Shown: one piece after another, positions 51,745 to 64,000 of the stretch
How the letters are laid out: each line of letters begins with the position of its first letter
How positions within the stretch are numbered: the stretch's first letter is position 1
DNA from: Chiloscyllium plagiosum
Lineage: Eukaryota
Assembly (NCBI RefSeq): GCF_004010195.1
Contig: NC_057728.1
Span: forward strand, 47,287,305 to 47,351,304
Direction: 5' to 3'
Length of the DNA stretch: 64,000 bases
Translations under genes and position numbers: made by a program
The notes under the pieces: model-generated
Seen by the model: the letters and a program-made list of their open reading frames with translations, nothing else
Told to the model about the DNA's origin: nothing
Databases searched by the model: none

Positions 51745-53090
51745 GACAAGGTATTAGTGAATTCCAATACAAAATATTTGAGACAATATCACACAACAGA
51801 TTTGTTAGGAAACTTACCATGTCATGGAATAAAATGGACAACTGCAATGTGGATACAAGATTGGCTGAATAATAGGAAACAGAATTTAATAGTTAATGGA
51901 TATTTTCAGGTTGGAGAAATTTTTGTAATGGACTTTCCAAGGGATTCACATTGGGACCCTTGGTTTTCACAGGACAGTTTAAAAGATTGTAGTCGACAGA
52001 AGACACAGAAGAACTGTAAACTGTGCGAAACTTCAAAGGGACAAACTGGTGGAGTGGGTGGTTAGATAGCAGGCAAAGTTTAAAGCAGAGAAGTGTAAGG
52101 TGATACACTTTAGTACAAAGAACATGGACAGTACAAAAAGAAGGGTTTTTATCATAAAGGGTGTGTAAGAGTGAGTGACTAGATCTATGTATTATAAAGA
52201 GAACATCAGGACTGCAGATGCTGGAGATCAGAGTCGAGAGTGTGGTGCTAGAAAAGCACAGCAGGTCAGGCAGCATCCGAGGAGAAGGAGAATCGGCGTT
52301 TAGGGTATAAGACCTTCATCAGGAATGGTCCTGATGAAGGGTTTATGCCCTAAACATTGACTCTCCTGCTCCTCGGATGCTGCCTGACCTGCTGTGCTTT
52401 TCCAGCACCATACTCTCCACTCTGTATGTATTGTAAGTCATTAAAGTTAGTAGGACAGGTTGAGAGATCTGTTAATAATGTAGATAGTATTCTAAGCTTC
52501 ATAAGTTGCAGAATTTTGTTCAAAAGCAGGAAGATAATGATGAACTTATATGATACTGGTTAGACCCCAGCTGGAGTATTGTATACATTTCTGGCCACCA
52601 CACTGTGGAAAGGATGTGATTATACTGGGGAGAGTGCAGAAGAGATCTGCAAATATGCTTCCAAAGATGAGACACTTCAATAATGCAGAATGATTGGAGA
52701 AGATTGGACTGTTTTCCTTCGAGTAGAAAAAACTAAGAGAAGATGCGACAGAAGTTTTCAAAAGCATGAGGGTCTGGACAGTGAATAGGGAGTTATTTAC
52801 TTCTTATAAATACATCAAGAGCCAGACGGCACAGATTTAAAGGGTTTTGCTAAAGAAGCAAACACAAGATGACAAAAAAACCTTTACATGCAGCAAATTA
52901 TTAGGGTACGGGATGCACTGCCTTGAAAAGTGCTGGAAGCAGAATCAATGGAGGCATTCAGAGGGCAAATTGATGCTTTGCTTAAATAGAACCAAACAGC
53001 TGCAGGGAAATGGTAGGGGTTTGGCATTAAGACAAGATGCTGAGAGAGCTGGTGCAGACACAATGGGCCAAAGAACCTCCTTCTGCATGA
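51745..53090 (+). mobile_element. Old CR1 LINE RT fragment
   Basis: WIQDWLNNRKQ and ctggttagaccccagctggagtattgtatacatttctgg. Confidence 0.75.
52198..52424. mobile_element. PLE fold-back element, family A, nested in CR1
   Basis: Arms span about 52229-52424 around ttcatcagga-atggt-cctgatgaa. TSD tatgtatt(a/g)taa at 52186-52197 and 52425-52436. Confidence 0.85.
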
Positions 53091-53269
53091 CAACATATGA
53101 AAATGACATACGCATATAATTTATCATTTCCTGCAATATCACAGAGGGTTGTCCTGAAATATAGAACTCAGATATGATGTCAAATCACTAGCCTGGCTTC
53201 ACTCTTCATCACTTTTAAAATATTCCTTATGAGAAATCAGTCCCAGCCATCTCACTGTGTTTAAAGTAC

Positions 53270-53782
53270 CAGAGTTATAGAGTCATAAAGCTGTAAAACA
53301 CGGAAACAGATCCTTTAATCCAACTTGTCCATGCCAACCGGATATCCTAAATTAATCTAGTCCCATTTGCCAATATTTGGCCCATATCTCTCTAAACCCT
53401 TCCTATTCACATACCCATCTTGATGCCTTTTAAATACTGCAATTGTATCAGCTTCCACCATTTCCTTTGGCAGCTCATTCCATACACGCATCACCCTCTG
53501 ATTGAAAACGTTGCCACTTAGGTCCCTTTCAAGTCTTTCCTCTCACCTTAAACCTAATGCCCTCTAGTTTTGGACTCCCCTATTCCAGGGATAAGAGTTG
53601 TCTATTTATCCTATCCATGTCCCTCATGATTTTATAAACCTCTGTAAGGTCAACCCTCAGCCTCCGACACGCAGGGAAAACAGCCCTAGTCTATTCTGCC
53701 TCTCCCTATAGCTCAAACCCTCCAATCCCAGCAACATCCTTGTAACTCTGTTCTGAACCCTTTCGAGTTTCACAACATCCTG
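53270..53782 (-). mobile_element. CR1 LINE 3' fragment
   Basis: Same 3' region as the other CR1 copies, with an (atagagtc) tail. Confidence 0.85.
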
Positions 53783-56770
53783 AACTACCTTCTTGGAGCT
53801 GGCTTGTCACCAGCCTCAGGTAAAGCCAGTGATGGATAGATTGGAGGTGGGTTTCGATTGAGAATCTGATTTTTAAGACTGTAGCTCTACCAAAACCCTT
53901 CCTCAACTACAACCTGCCAGTTTTTGCTAAAATATTCTCCTTACTATATTCTAAAAATAGCAAACACTAGTTTCAACACAGTGCAACGAGGAATAAGGAA
54001 TAATAATGGTGCTGGTCAAAGTGATATGTCTGAAATGTAATAATACCTTCCCAATTGAACATTCTCAGAATTAATTCTCAGAGTAATAACCACATGTTAA
54101 TATAAATGAAGTGGCTCTGTACAATTATTGTAAACAATGCCAACCATGAATGAGTATGTTTCACCTCGATCTAGCTGAGAATGGTAAAACCACCACCATC
54201 TCTTCTCAGTCAATTAACTGAGTGAGGACTTTTCATGAGTCCCCAAACTGTAAAAAGAATCGATCCTGTCCCTTCGTTTTAATGTACAAAGTAGAAAAGA
54301 AAGAAGACACAACAACTGTCCCTGACCTCAGGTGCACCAGAAATCTTTAGAACTGCAGTTAAAATTTCAGCTCAAGGAATTTAGAAGCTAATTTGTCCAT
54401 ACAAATCCCACAAAAGTCACTAATAATAACCAAAAAATTGTTTCTTTTTGTTTATAAAAAGAAACGTTGTGTTAAATAACTGGTCACAGACAGACTGAAG
54501 GTTTGCAGCATGGCTGCAAGACAGAAGCATCGCTTAGTAGTCAAGTGATCTTACATCACCTCCTAATGATTGTTCAAAACATTATGGGCATTGCTGGCTT
54601 GGCCAATGGTGTAAACATCATGTATTCTCATTCACCCTTTACATTACAATACATAAATGGCTGTTCAAGTTTAAGTTCTTCTTATTGTCTACATTCTGAT
54701 AGAGGGGGAAAGAATTATCTATCCCGGCGCCAAGGTTATGGATGGGTGACTGGGAAATAACAGGGAGCTGCACTGACATACTCCATGCAACCTTTCCTAG
54801 TGCATGAAGCGGGTCAGCTCATTGATCTATGGAGGCACCTAACTTGCTTAGAACCTCTGTAGGGGCAATTTTTCAACCTGTCCGCCATGAGCAGAGTGCC
54901 TATCAGAGACCACCAGCTGAGTGGGGGTGGCCACTGTATAACAGGCCAGGCGCCACAAAGAGGACCTGAACTAACCAAAGGCTACAGTAATGGCCAAAAC
55001 CAATGGGATATTGCCTGGGTTTCTACTCCACCAGAAATCACTTCCAGATGATGTCTCAGCTTTTTAAGTACAATGGGCAGACCAGCAAAGGGCACCATGT
55101 GGGCACACAGTCACTGGCCTGTATCAATTGTCCCCCACTGCCCATCCCCTATCCCCTGCCGCTGCAATGGGGCCTGCTGTGTTTCTAGACCTGTCTGTAC
55201 TCGGACTGAACTCACAGAGTCAACAATCTGCCTGCTGTCCTTGCTAGGATGGTGAGTTTGGAGGCAGCCATGCAGAGCGAGTCACGGAAAGTTGCAAAGC
55301 CTGCCTCACTATCAACAACTGCTGGTTCAGGATCCACCCCAGCAACATCAGAATGATGATGGGGTTCCAAAACCCGTGGGAACGTTCTGGGCGAAGAGAC
55401 AGAGAAATTGGAAAGCAAACTAAGAAAGAAATATTGGCTGCAGTGAGCAAAAGGAGAAGGAAGTATCTAATTTACAGGTCAGGAATAGAAAAGATTCACA
55501 ATGTTAATTCGGCAATTAATTTGATTATTTGTGATTCATTATCAAACCAGCACTGGGAATTTTGACAACGATTTAAAAAGTGACAAAAACATGACAAATA
55601 TAGTATTTTTAGGGACTAAGAACTAGGAACTGTAGAGAAGGAAAAGCATTTGGGTATAACTCATTAGAAGTTAGTGCACTTGTAGAAAATATAATTAAAA
55701 TGGTTAATGAAAGGTTGGTCTTTTAATCAAGGGGGCTTAGATACAATGGAGAGGAAGCTTAGCTTCAGTAGTACAGAATCTTGTTCAGACCCCATCTGGA
55801 GTACAGTGTTGTTTCCAAATCTGGGCACACATTTCAGGATGGAAGAGCACAATACTCAAAGCTTGGGTCACCCAAGGCATGAAAGCAATGAACATGAATA
55901 AACACAGTCCTGCAGTGAATACTTTGCCAGTTGATATCCAAAAGAACAAACTTTCATCTGAATTCTGGAGTAGAATTAGAATTTTGATAATGCTCTCTGG
56001 TACTTAATCTATTCACTTACACTTTGTTGGACTCTGAGCTCCACTTTATCTAAGCATTAAGGCATTTGTATGAAAAGATTGATGACTGTAACAAAATTCT
56101 TGCAAGAGTATTGCATTATTTACATCTAATTTGGCTAGTTTAGGACATAAGCTGATCACTCCTGAGCATTTATCATGCGGAAGCCAACACATTTTTGTCT
56201 GAACAATGACAGACTGCATACAAATTGATAAATTATTAAAATCTAATCAAAGTTAAAAGATACAAGAAAACGTTGTAACTTTAGTCATGAAAATGCAGCC
56301 ATGTTAAAGCGCTGCATTATTCTGGAGGGGATTGCTTTCATTACAAGTTGGCAGTCCAGAAATCTGTGAGAAGTTGGCCGGTAATGATCCCTAACAATAG
56401 AGATGAAAAGAAATACTCAGAATTTTAGCACTTGACACAAAAAAATGAAAATGTGTCAGAAATGTGGAGCCAGAATATCAGCCTTCACAAGGGAACAGAA
56501 AAACGCTTGATAAAAATCCTCACTATTATTTGTCACAACTCACAGGGTTATCAAGTCCCACTGTTGTCAGAGTCATGTTAAAAGTTAACATTTTTAAATG
56601 AAATATGCAAAACCCGCCCCCAAACTGATTTTCAGATTCAGATTGATAGAACGCATGGACCAGGATTCTGTGCTTAGCAACAATCACTATTCATTACAGG
56701 TAATCATATTAAGCTAAATTAAGTAACCTCTACAGGTTAAAACTCCAAACTCTTTATAAACTCCTCCTTA

Positions 56771-56815
56771 CATACACACACACACACACACACAACACAC
56801 ACACACACAACACAC
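56771..56815. repeat. (CA)n microsatellite, interrupted
   Basis: Directly visible. Confidence 0.95.
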
Positions 56816-58299
56816 TGCTTCCAGTGTCTTGTAAGAGGCACAGGTTGGCTGTTTCATTTCTGAAAGATCTCTGGTTTATCCTAATATCTATCCTTATCTC
56901 TATACACAAGTTGCAGCTTCTGTTGATAAGGTAAGCTGGTTTTCTTCAAGTTTAAAGTGGCTTGCTGCCGAGAACTGAGAGGCAGAATTTCTATCTGCTG
57001 CAGACCTGTTGGTATCTCTTTTGATCTGACTGGTTTTCTCTGCCCTGTTTACTGCCCAAGTTGTTCAGTTAATTGACAACCAATCATGTTGCTGTTGGCA
57101 GATATAGATTCATTGTCATTGATAACTGTTCCCTAGTCCACAAACCAACCAGCTTCACTTGGAAACAATCCCTTGCTCCAGTCTGTCTGCACCTTGGAAC
57201 CATATGCAGTTCAGGCTGGGTTAGGACTGCAGATTTTCTTCCCTAAAGAGAACTACTGAACAAATGTTTTTTTTCCAACAGTTGATGATAGTAATTAGGG
57301 TTACTTAAACAATCCCTCTAACCAGATTAGTTAATTGAATTTAAATTCCACCAACTGCTGTGGTAAGATTTGAAGTAAGGTACCCAGAACATGAATTCAA
57401 GCATGTGGATTACCAGTCCAGTAACATTACCACTATCTCCACTAAAAAGTTTTATTCCCATCATTATTCCAAGACCAGAATTTAAAATGAGGAAGACTAC
57501 CTTAATCCTCAGTTGAAAATGGGTTCGTGAGATAGGCATTTGATCAGGGCCAGGAAATTAGCTGGAGCTGCTGTTATTCAGTCAGAAGTGCAGCACTAAT
57601 CAAGCTCAAATGTATCAATGGAGTTCTGCTACACACAAATCAAAGATATGGTGATAGTGCAAAAGCAGGTCCAGGAATACTCTACACCCAAATCTTCTTC
57701 CATTAATACGACCTGAAATGTAGGTCTTCAAATGTTTGGGATATTTTTAGTCTCAATGTACCTCAGTTGGTTGCACTTTTACCTTTGAGACACATAGGTT
57801 TTGGGTTCAAGTCTCACTCCAGGGCTCAAGCATAAAAATCAAAATTGGTAATCTATGACAGTGTTGAGGGCACACTGCACTAAAACAAAAAACACTCCCT
57901 TTCAGTGAGGTGCTGAACCAAGGCCCTGATAAATGTGACTATCAGGAAAAATCAGTGTAGAATGGTTCTAGCTGAGATTCTGTAACACATGAATAATGAA
58001 TACTATAAAACTCAATTAAATGCATAATATGCAATGATAAAGATGTTGAGACATCATACAGAGCTCAAGAACAGTTCTAAATCATGCTTTGAAAAGAAGT
58101 CAGCAGTATTAATTAATTAGTTAGTTTCTCCACTCAGACGGAGAACAAAATGAAGAATTGGGACAAAAATTGAAGATGGCGTCAAAGGATGAACCAGAGA
58201 ATTGGCACTAGACATAAGCAGGTTGGTGGAGTGAATTCTATCCATCACCAAAATTCCTTCAATGCTTCCTTCACTCTAGTCCTCAATTTGTATCTTTCC

Positions 58300-58530
58300 T
58301 TTGTTTCACTTCTGAAGTCCTCCCTGACTCAACTTGTCCATAAGACCCACCTCCTGATCCTGCGATCCCATTCCCACTGCTTGTCTCAATATTAGTCGAT
58401 ATTCAAAATAGTAATCTCTCTCTTCAGGTATTGTCCTGACCTTCTTTAAATCTGTCACCATCAGCCCTGTCCTCAAAAAACTACTCAATGGACCTTGCAA
58501 ATGACTATCCCGTCTCCAACCACCTAATTT
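58300..58530 (+). mobile_element. L2-like LINE RT N-terminal relic
   Basis: Remnants of DPIPT, SLSSGIV, FKS..I.P.LKK and P.SN motifs. Confidence 0.55.
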
Positions 58531-59829
58531 TCAGCAGATATAGTCGAGAACTCCGGATTACTTGTGGTAAAGCTACACTCACAGAGCCAGACCAAATCAA
58601 AGACAACTCACAACCACTTATTGCACAGCATATTGTCCTCGATTATGAGGGGCCAACATCAAAAACAAAGGCAAATTTTAAAACTTCATGATGTGGCCTG
58701 CACATTAACTTTGCATGCTGTAGAAAGAGATGCCATGGAGCGGGGAGGAGATAACGGTTTCATCCATTTTATGCCACTTACTGGACTGATCTAAAAGAAC
58801 ATAAATAGTTGGATCCATGAATTCTTAAAATGGAAAATGTCAATTAGTAAATGACATAGCAAGTTATAATGCCTATCCAGTTTGCTGAATAGAGGAATTA
58901 ATTAGAGACATCTGGAATGTGTTCTTCATGCTCTACAGGTTTTATTTGTTGTCCTTAAAATTAAACAATTGATCTTTTTTCTTAAACATTTATTTGTTAG
59001 TATCTGTACTTAGAGTATTTGGAACCCCTATTCTCTTTGTGTTAAATAATAGGCGCAAGTAATATGCATTTTCACATATTTACAAATGCAAGCTTTCCAT
59101 AGGCACATTTTTAACATCAATCACACTTGTAGACAGATCTCATGTCACAATTCATCTTTCTATTAAATAATAATGTAACTTATGGGTTTGGTTGACATAA
59201 TTGGCTGGAGGATGCCAACAGTGTGAACTCAATTTCTGCACTGGATGAGAAGGGCTCTCCTCCTCAAACTTTTCCCTGCCCCAGAGGTATGATAACCCTC
59301 AGGTTAAGCCACCACCTGTCTCCTTAATGAGAGAGCAATCCTCGGACTCTGGCAATGTGTACATGTAACCATTGACTTCCTGGTGACTTTTTAAGAGGTT
59401 ACCTGATAAATGTAGTATGACAAGGCCGATTCTGAATAAGTAAACAATCTAATTTTATCGTAAGTGAATATTTAGATATGACCACGCTCATTCAATACAG
59501 CTCCTCTTTGTGCAAACACAGAATGAGCATTGGATCATGATTGTCTTCTTGAACAAAGTAACTATTGGCATTCCCCTTCCAAGCCTGAATGATATTGAAT
59601 AATTCTGTGTTGAAAACTTGACTGTACTTCCTTCTCTGCCTTTTCATACTCTGAAAGAGCAGAATCATCGTATCCCAATACAGTGGGCAAAAATTCATTG
59701 CTACCATCATTGCCTTTCATTAAAATATATTTTATGTGGAAACAACCATCAAAGCTTAACTCATTAGCATGTAAAACACTTACCCTCTAAGTCTTTTGTG
59801 CCAAATTTGCACAAACATCATCAGTTATC

Positions 59830-60620
59830 ACTGGCCAGGATAGGATTTATTGTCCATCCCTAATTTCCATTCAGAAGGGGACAGTGAGCTGCCTTCTTGA
59901 GTCACTGCACATGGTGTAGATAGATCCGTAATGCCATTAGGGAGGATTTTGACCCATAGACTGTGAAGTGAGTGACAGAATTCTAAGACAGGATGGTGTT
60001 TGGCTTGCAACCTGCAGGTGATGGCATTCCTGTGCATCTACTGCTCTGTCCTTCTCGTTGATAAAGGTCACAGATTTGGAAAATGCTGTATAATGCCACA
60101 AACAAAAGGGAAGTGGGAGTGAATTTAAACTATGACTGACTTTCCAATGTTTAAGCTTAACTATTTTATCTCACGCCCGACTTGTGCCTTGCAGGTGATG
60201 AACAGGCTTTGAGGACTCAGGCAGTGAGTCACTCGTTGCAAAATTTCCAGTCTATGACTTGCTCTCTTAGCTTCAGCACTTAAGACTGGTCCACTCAGTT
60301 CCTATCAATGGTCAAGATTAGAATGGTACTGGAAAAGCACAGCAGGTCAGGCAGCATCCGAGGAGCAGGAAAATTGACATTTCGGGCAAAGGCCCTGAAG
60401 GTGATTTTCCTGCTCCTTGGATGCTGCCTGACCTGCTGTGCTTTTCCAGTACCACTCTAATCTTGACTCTAATCTCCAGCATCTGCAGTACCCACTTCTG
60501 TCTCCTTTCAATGGTGACCACCCTACGACATAGATAAATGAGGATTCAACAAAGTTAATGCCATTCAATGTCAAGGGTTGAAGGTAGGATTCTGTCACAT
60601 TGGAGACAGTCATTACCTGG
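59830..60620 (-). mobile_element. Degenerate LINE 3' end (family of 24890-26425)
   Basis: atttattgtccatccctaatt and gggaggattttgaccca match the reverse complement of that LINE's 3' end. Confidence 0.6.
60313..60502. mobile_element. PLE fold-back element, family A
   Basis: Arms span 60311-60467, tail 60468-60502. TSD tcct(a/t)tcaatggt at 60300-60312 and 60503-60515. Confidence 0.85.
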
Positions 60621-62124
60621 TATTTATTTGGCCACAGACTTGGACATGGACTATTTCAGTAACTGACTAGTCACTTGCACTTGAAAGATCAACTGTTTCT
60701 CTCTCCACTGGTGGCACGTGATCTGAATATTTTCAGCAATTTCTGTTTATATTTTCAATCAGGAACACATCTATATATTGATCTTTGATGAAAGTTAATA
60801 CCTTAATTGCCCATCACCATTCCACACCAATTCCTCAATTGTCATTCCACATGTCATTTGTGAAACAAAATGATAATAGAACTGTTGGACGAATTAGTGT
60901 TAGCAAATTGATTTAAAACCACAATATTTTCCATTGCAGTGAATAGAATGTATCAATTGAGTGTTGTCCTTAATAGTCCATTTAAGTACTTCAGTTACAA
61001 AAAATGCAATGAGCAATTTAAATATTTGCCAACAGCACAAACAGGACATTGAATTACTGAGCTGTTGGAATCGTATTAACTTCAGTTCCTGCAGATGAAA
61101 ACCAGAAAGTATGGCTTCCTCAGTAATGTCCAACACTTGTTTTCATTATGCCATGGGATGTGGGTGTTTCAGCAAGATCAGCATTATATCTGTCTCCTTC
61201 TAAAATTCATAAATAGCACTATACGAGGAGTTCTTTCATTTCAGCCTATTTCAGGCCAACTGAATGTATTTCTTTCTCCCAGTCTCTTCCAACCTATATT
61301 TGTGACTCTTCTGACAACCTGCGTTATTTCACTAATTTTCGGTTTCCTTGCCATAATCAAACTGCTTCCCCCTCGTTATGATTATCCAATCTCTCTACGC
61401 TGCCATTCCTTACCAGGTTAGTGTGTAGGTTCACTGCTACTTTCTTGAACAAAAGTCCATCTACTATCACCTTCCTCTGCCTGGGTGAACGTGTTCTCTT
61501 GCCTCCTGGTCCAGAGGTACAGACACTACCAGAGCACCACAGAATTGAGGACAATTGTTAACAGCCAATCCTTGTCACTCATTGGGTTACCTCTCTTTTC
61601 TCCTTTTAAGGATGATCTTCAGGCAACATGAAGTCAAGCTGATCATTAATTACACACTTGCAATGATCACATGATCCTTTCTCCATACTCATTCAATTGA
61701 AGCTACTTAAAAATTATTAAATGTTGTTCCATAATCAAACATCAGCTCTGTATCATTTTATGTTTGGATCTCAGCGCATTGCAAAGTCCATGCTGAAAGA
61801 AAGTCAGATTCATGGGAGGGTGGGACTTTCAGAGCAAACAGCTTTTGCATTTTCTGCAATACTTTGGAGTTGAGTGAAGGGAGGAAGTTTGGAGGCAAAC
61901 TTCAGAAGGTTGTCCGCTGAGGGTAAAATTCACAAAAACATAAACAAAAAGCTGGCCCTTGTGGACGATCATTATGGAAAAAAATATCCTTACATAGGGC
62001 TTCCATGTTCCAAATAGGTACTGCGGATCTGAAATGCAGACAATATAGAGTGCTTTAATAAGCATGCCCTCATGCAGACTCTGAATGCATTGTAAGCTGA
62101 CTGGCTGCTTTCAGGTGTGCTGAG

Positions 62125-62850
62125 CATATAGGAGCAAAGGAAAATGGGCCATTCAGCCCATCATTGCTGCTCCACAATTTAAGATGCTCAGGATTGATCG
62201 AACACTTCAACGCCTTTCATCCACACTATCCCCATAACCAGTTCTGCTACTGATAAATCAGAATTCTTTAATCTCTACTTCAAACATTCTCAAAAACTGA
62301 GCTGCCGCAGCTCTTTGGGTAAACAATCCCAAACATTTACAGCTTTCTTACTAAATGATTTCTCCTCATCTCAGTCCTAAGGTGGCATCAGCCATACTTT
62401 CAAACTGCTCTCCCTGGTTTCAGACTCCCTGGTCTTACCTGGATCTGCCCTGTCTATTCCTTTAAACATTTATTGGTTCCAATGAGATCACCTGTTCAAA
62501 ACTCTAGAGAATACAGGCTTAGATTTTCCAATCTCTTTCCGGAACAATCGCTATCTCAGGTACATGTTCCTGAGATATGGAGACCAAAATTGCACACATT
62601 ACACTAGGTGTGGTCTAACCTAACTTCTATACAATCGAAGCAAGGTTTCACTACTCCTGTAGTCAGATCCTCTTGCGATTAAGGCTAATGTTACATTAGC
62701 TTTCCTAATAGCTTGTGTACCTGCATGTTAAACGTTCAGTCACTTACTAACAAGGACATAGATTCCTCTGTACATCCCCTCTCTTCAACCTCCTAGCACT
62801 GATAAAGTATTCTCCACATCTGTTCTTCCTAACAAAGTGGATAACTTCAA
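62125..62850 (-). mobile_element. Old CR1 LINE 3' fragment
   Basis: ggagaccaaaattgcacac..ggtgtggtctaacc and a ggccattcagccc 3' UTR. Confidence 0.7.
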
Positions 62851-63049
62851 ATTAGACAGATCAAAAGACTCAGGCCTCTGGTTCCAATTATAGAGGGTTA
62901 GTAAATGCTGTTTTGTGTGATCAGCCCTACAAAATCTGATAAATGCATGAGACAAAAAAAATCATGGACAATGTATAATTAATACACCAAGGTGAAATGA
63001 GGGGTTGAAACCAAGACATGCTGTAAGAATGCATACATTGGTAACTTGT

Positions 63050-63536
63050 CCTTGAAAGGGTTCAGAAAAGATTTACAAGGATGTTGCCAGGGTTATAGGG
63101 TTTGAGCTGTAGGGAGAGGCTGAACAGACTGGGGCTATTTTCCCCAGAGCTTCAGAGGCTGATGGGTGACCTTATAGAGGTTTATAAAATCATGAGGGGC
63201 ATAGATAAGGTAAATAGGCTGTCTTTTCCCCAGGGTGGGGGCATCCAAAACTAGAGGACATAAGTTTAAGGTGAGACAGCAAAGGTTTAAAAGGGATCCA
63301 ACAGGCAACTTTTTCATGCAGAGGATGGTGCATGTATGGAATGAGCTGCCAGAGGAAGTGGTGGAGGTTGGTACAATTACAACTTTTAAAAGGCATCTGG
63401 ATGGGTATATGAATAGCAAGGGTTTAGAGGGATATGGGGCAAATGGGACTAGATTTATTTAGGATATCTGGTCAGCATGGACATGTTGGATCGAAGGGTC
63501 TGTTTCCATCCTGTATATCTCTCTGAGTCTGACTCT
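63050..63536 (+). mobile_element. CR1 LINE 3' fragment
   Basis: KTRGHKFKVR..FFMQRMVHVWNELPEEVVE. Confidence 0.9.
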
Positions 63537-64000
63537 AAACGAAGTGAGAATAGAATTTTTCCCTCAATGCTATATGGGTTATTTTTGCTTATTAACATTT
63601 TCCCATAGACAACAATAACAATTCATACCTACATCAACATAAACATGTTTAATTAAATGAGCATTTGTCCAAGTGAAAAATGAACTTTTTTTTGTCATTA
63701 TTGACCAATACTGATATTTTAACCCAAAGCTAGGTATTACAGAAAAGGAGGCAAAGAAATCATTGTCTTGTCTAGTAGAGACGTGCTTAGAAGCACAAAG
63801 AGTTCATCATGTATTGTCAAAGACAATTCTACTATTTTCTCACAACAGATCTGAGAGCAATGCTGAGGATACAAAAGATGACAAAACTTGACCAAATGAT
63901 GCAAAGCAGCAGACCTATGAAAGAGGTTGCATTGTGGCCATGTCTCTATTGGTAACTCACCTCCTGTTAAAAGCACGCATTGAAACTAACCTAGCCTCAC

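Noticed and set aside
48810..64000. TRHDE first exon or promoter
   Set aside because: No CpG-rich region, transmembrane-anchor coding or M1 N-terminal coding was seen. It probably lies beyond the window.

Overview
Eukaryotic, repeat-rich genomic DNA, most likely from an elasmobranch (shark), judging by HE1-type SINEs and HER1/CR1 LINEs. The only host gene is on the minus strand: five internal exons of an M1 zinc aminopeptidase that matches TRHDE (48809-48536, 43531-43405, 5671-5517, 5379-5266, 1405-1268). They have canonical AG/GT ends, join in frame, and encode AAMEN, HEICH..E and the catalytic Tyr. The first exon and the downstream exons lie outside the window. The rest is intron filled with CR1, Rex1 and L2-like LINE relics, tRNA-SINEs, a decayed Copia-like element with a tRNA-iMet PBS, and a Harbinger relic. 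The most striking structure is a set of a dozen or more short fold-back (hairpin) insertions in three families derived from Penelope-like element (PLE) termini. Most have target-site duplications (9-15 bp), an unpaired tail of about 31-38 nt, and a minimal hammerhead-ribozyme motif at or near the fold-back point. One hammerhead (5871-5905) looks fully intact, and a larger RT/GIY-YIG remnant (15789-17618) links family A to its coding parent. Repeat coordinates are approximate. Family names come from motif recognition, not from database searches.
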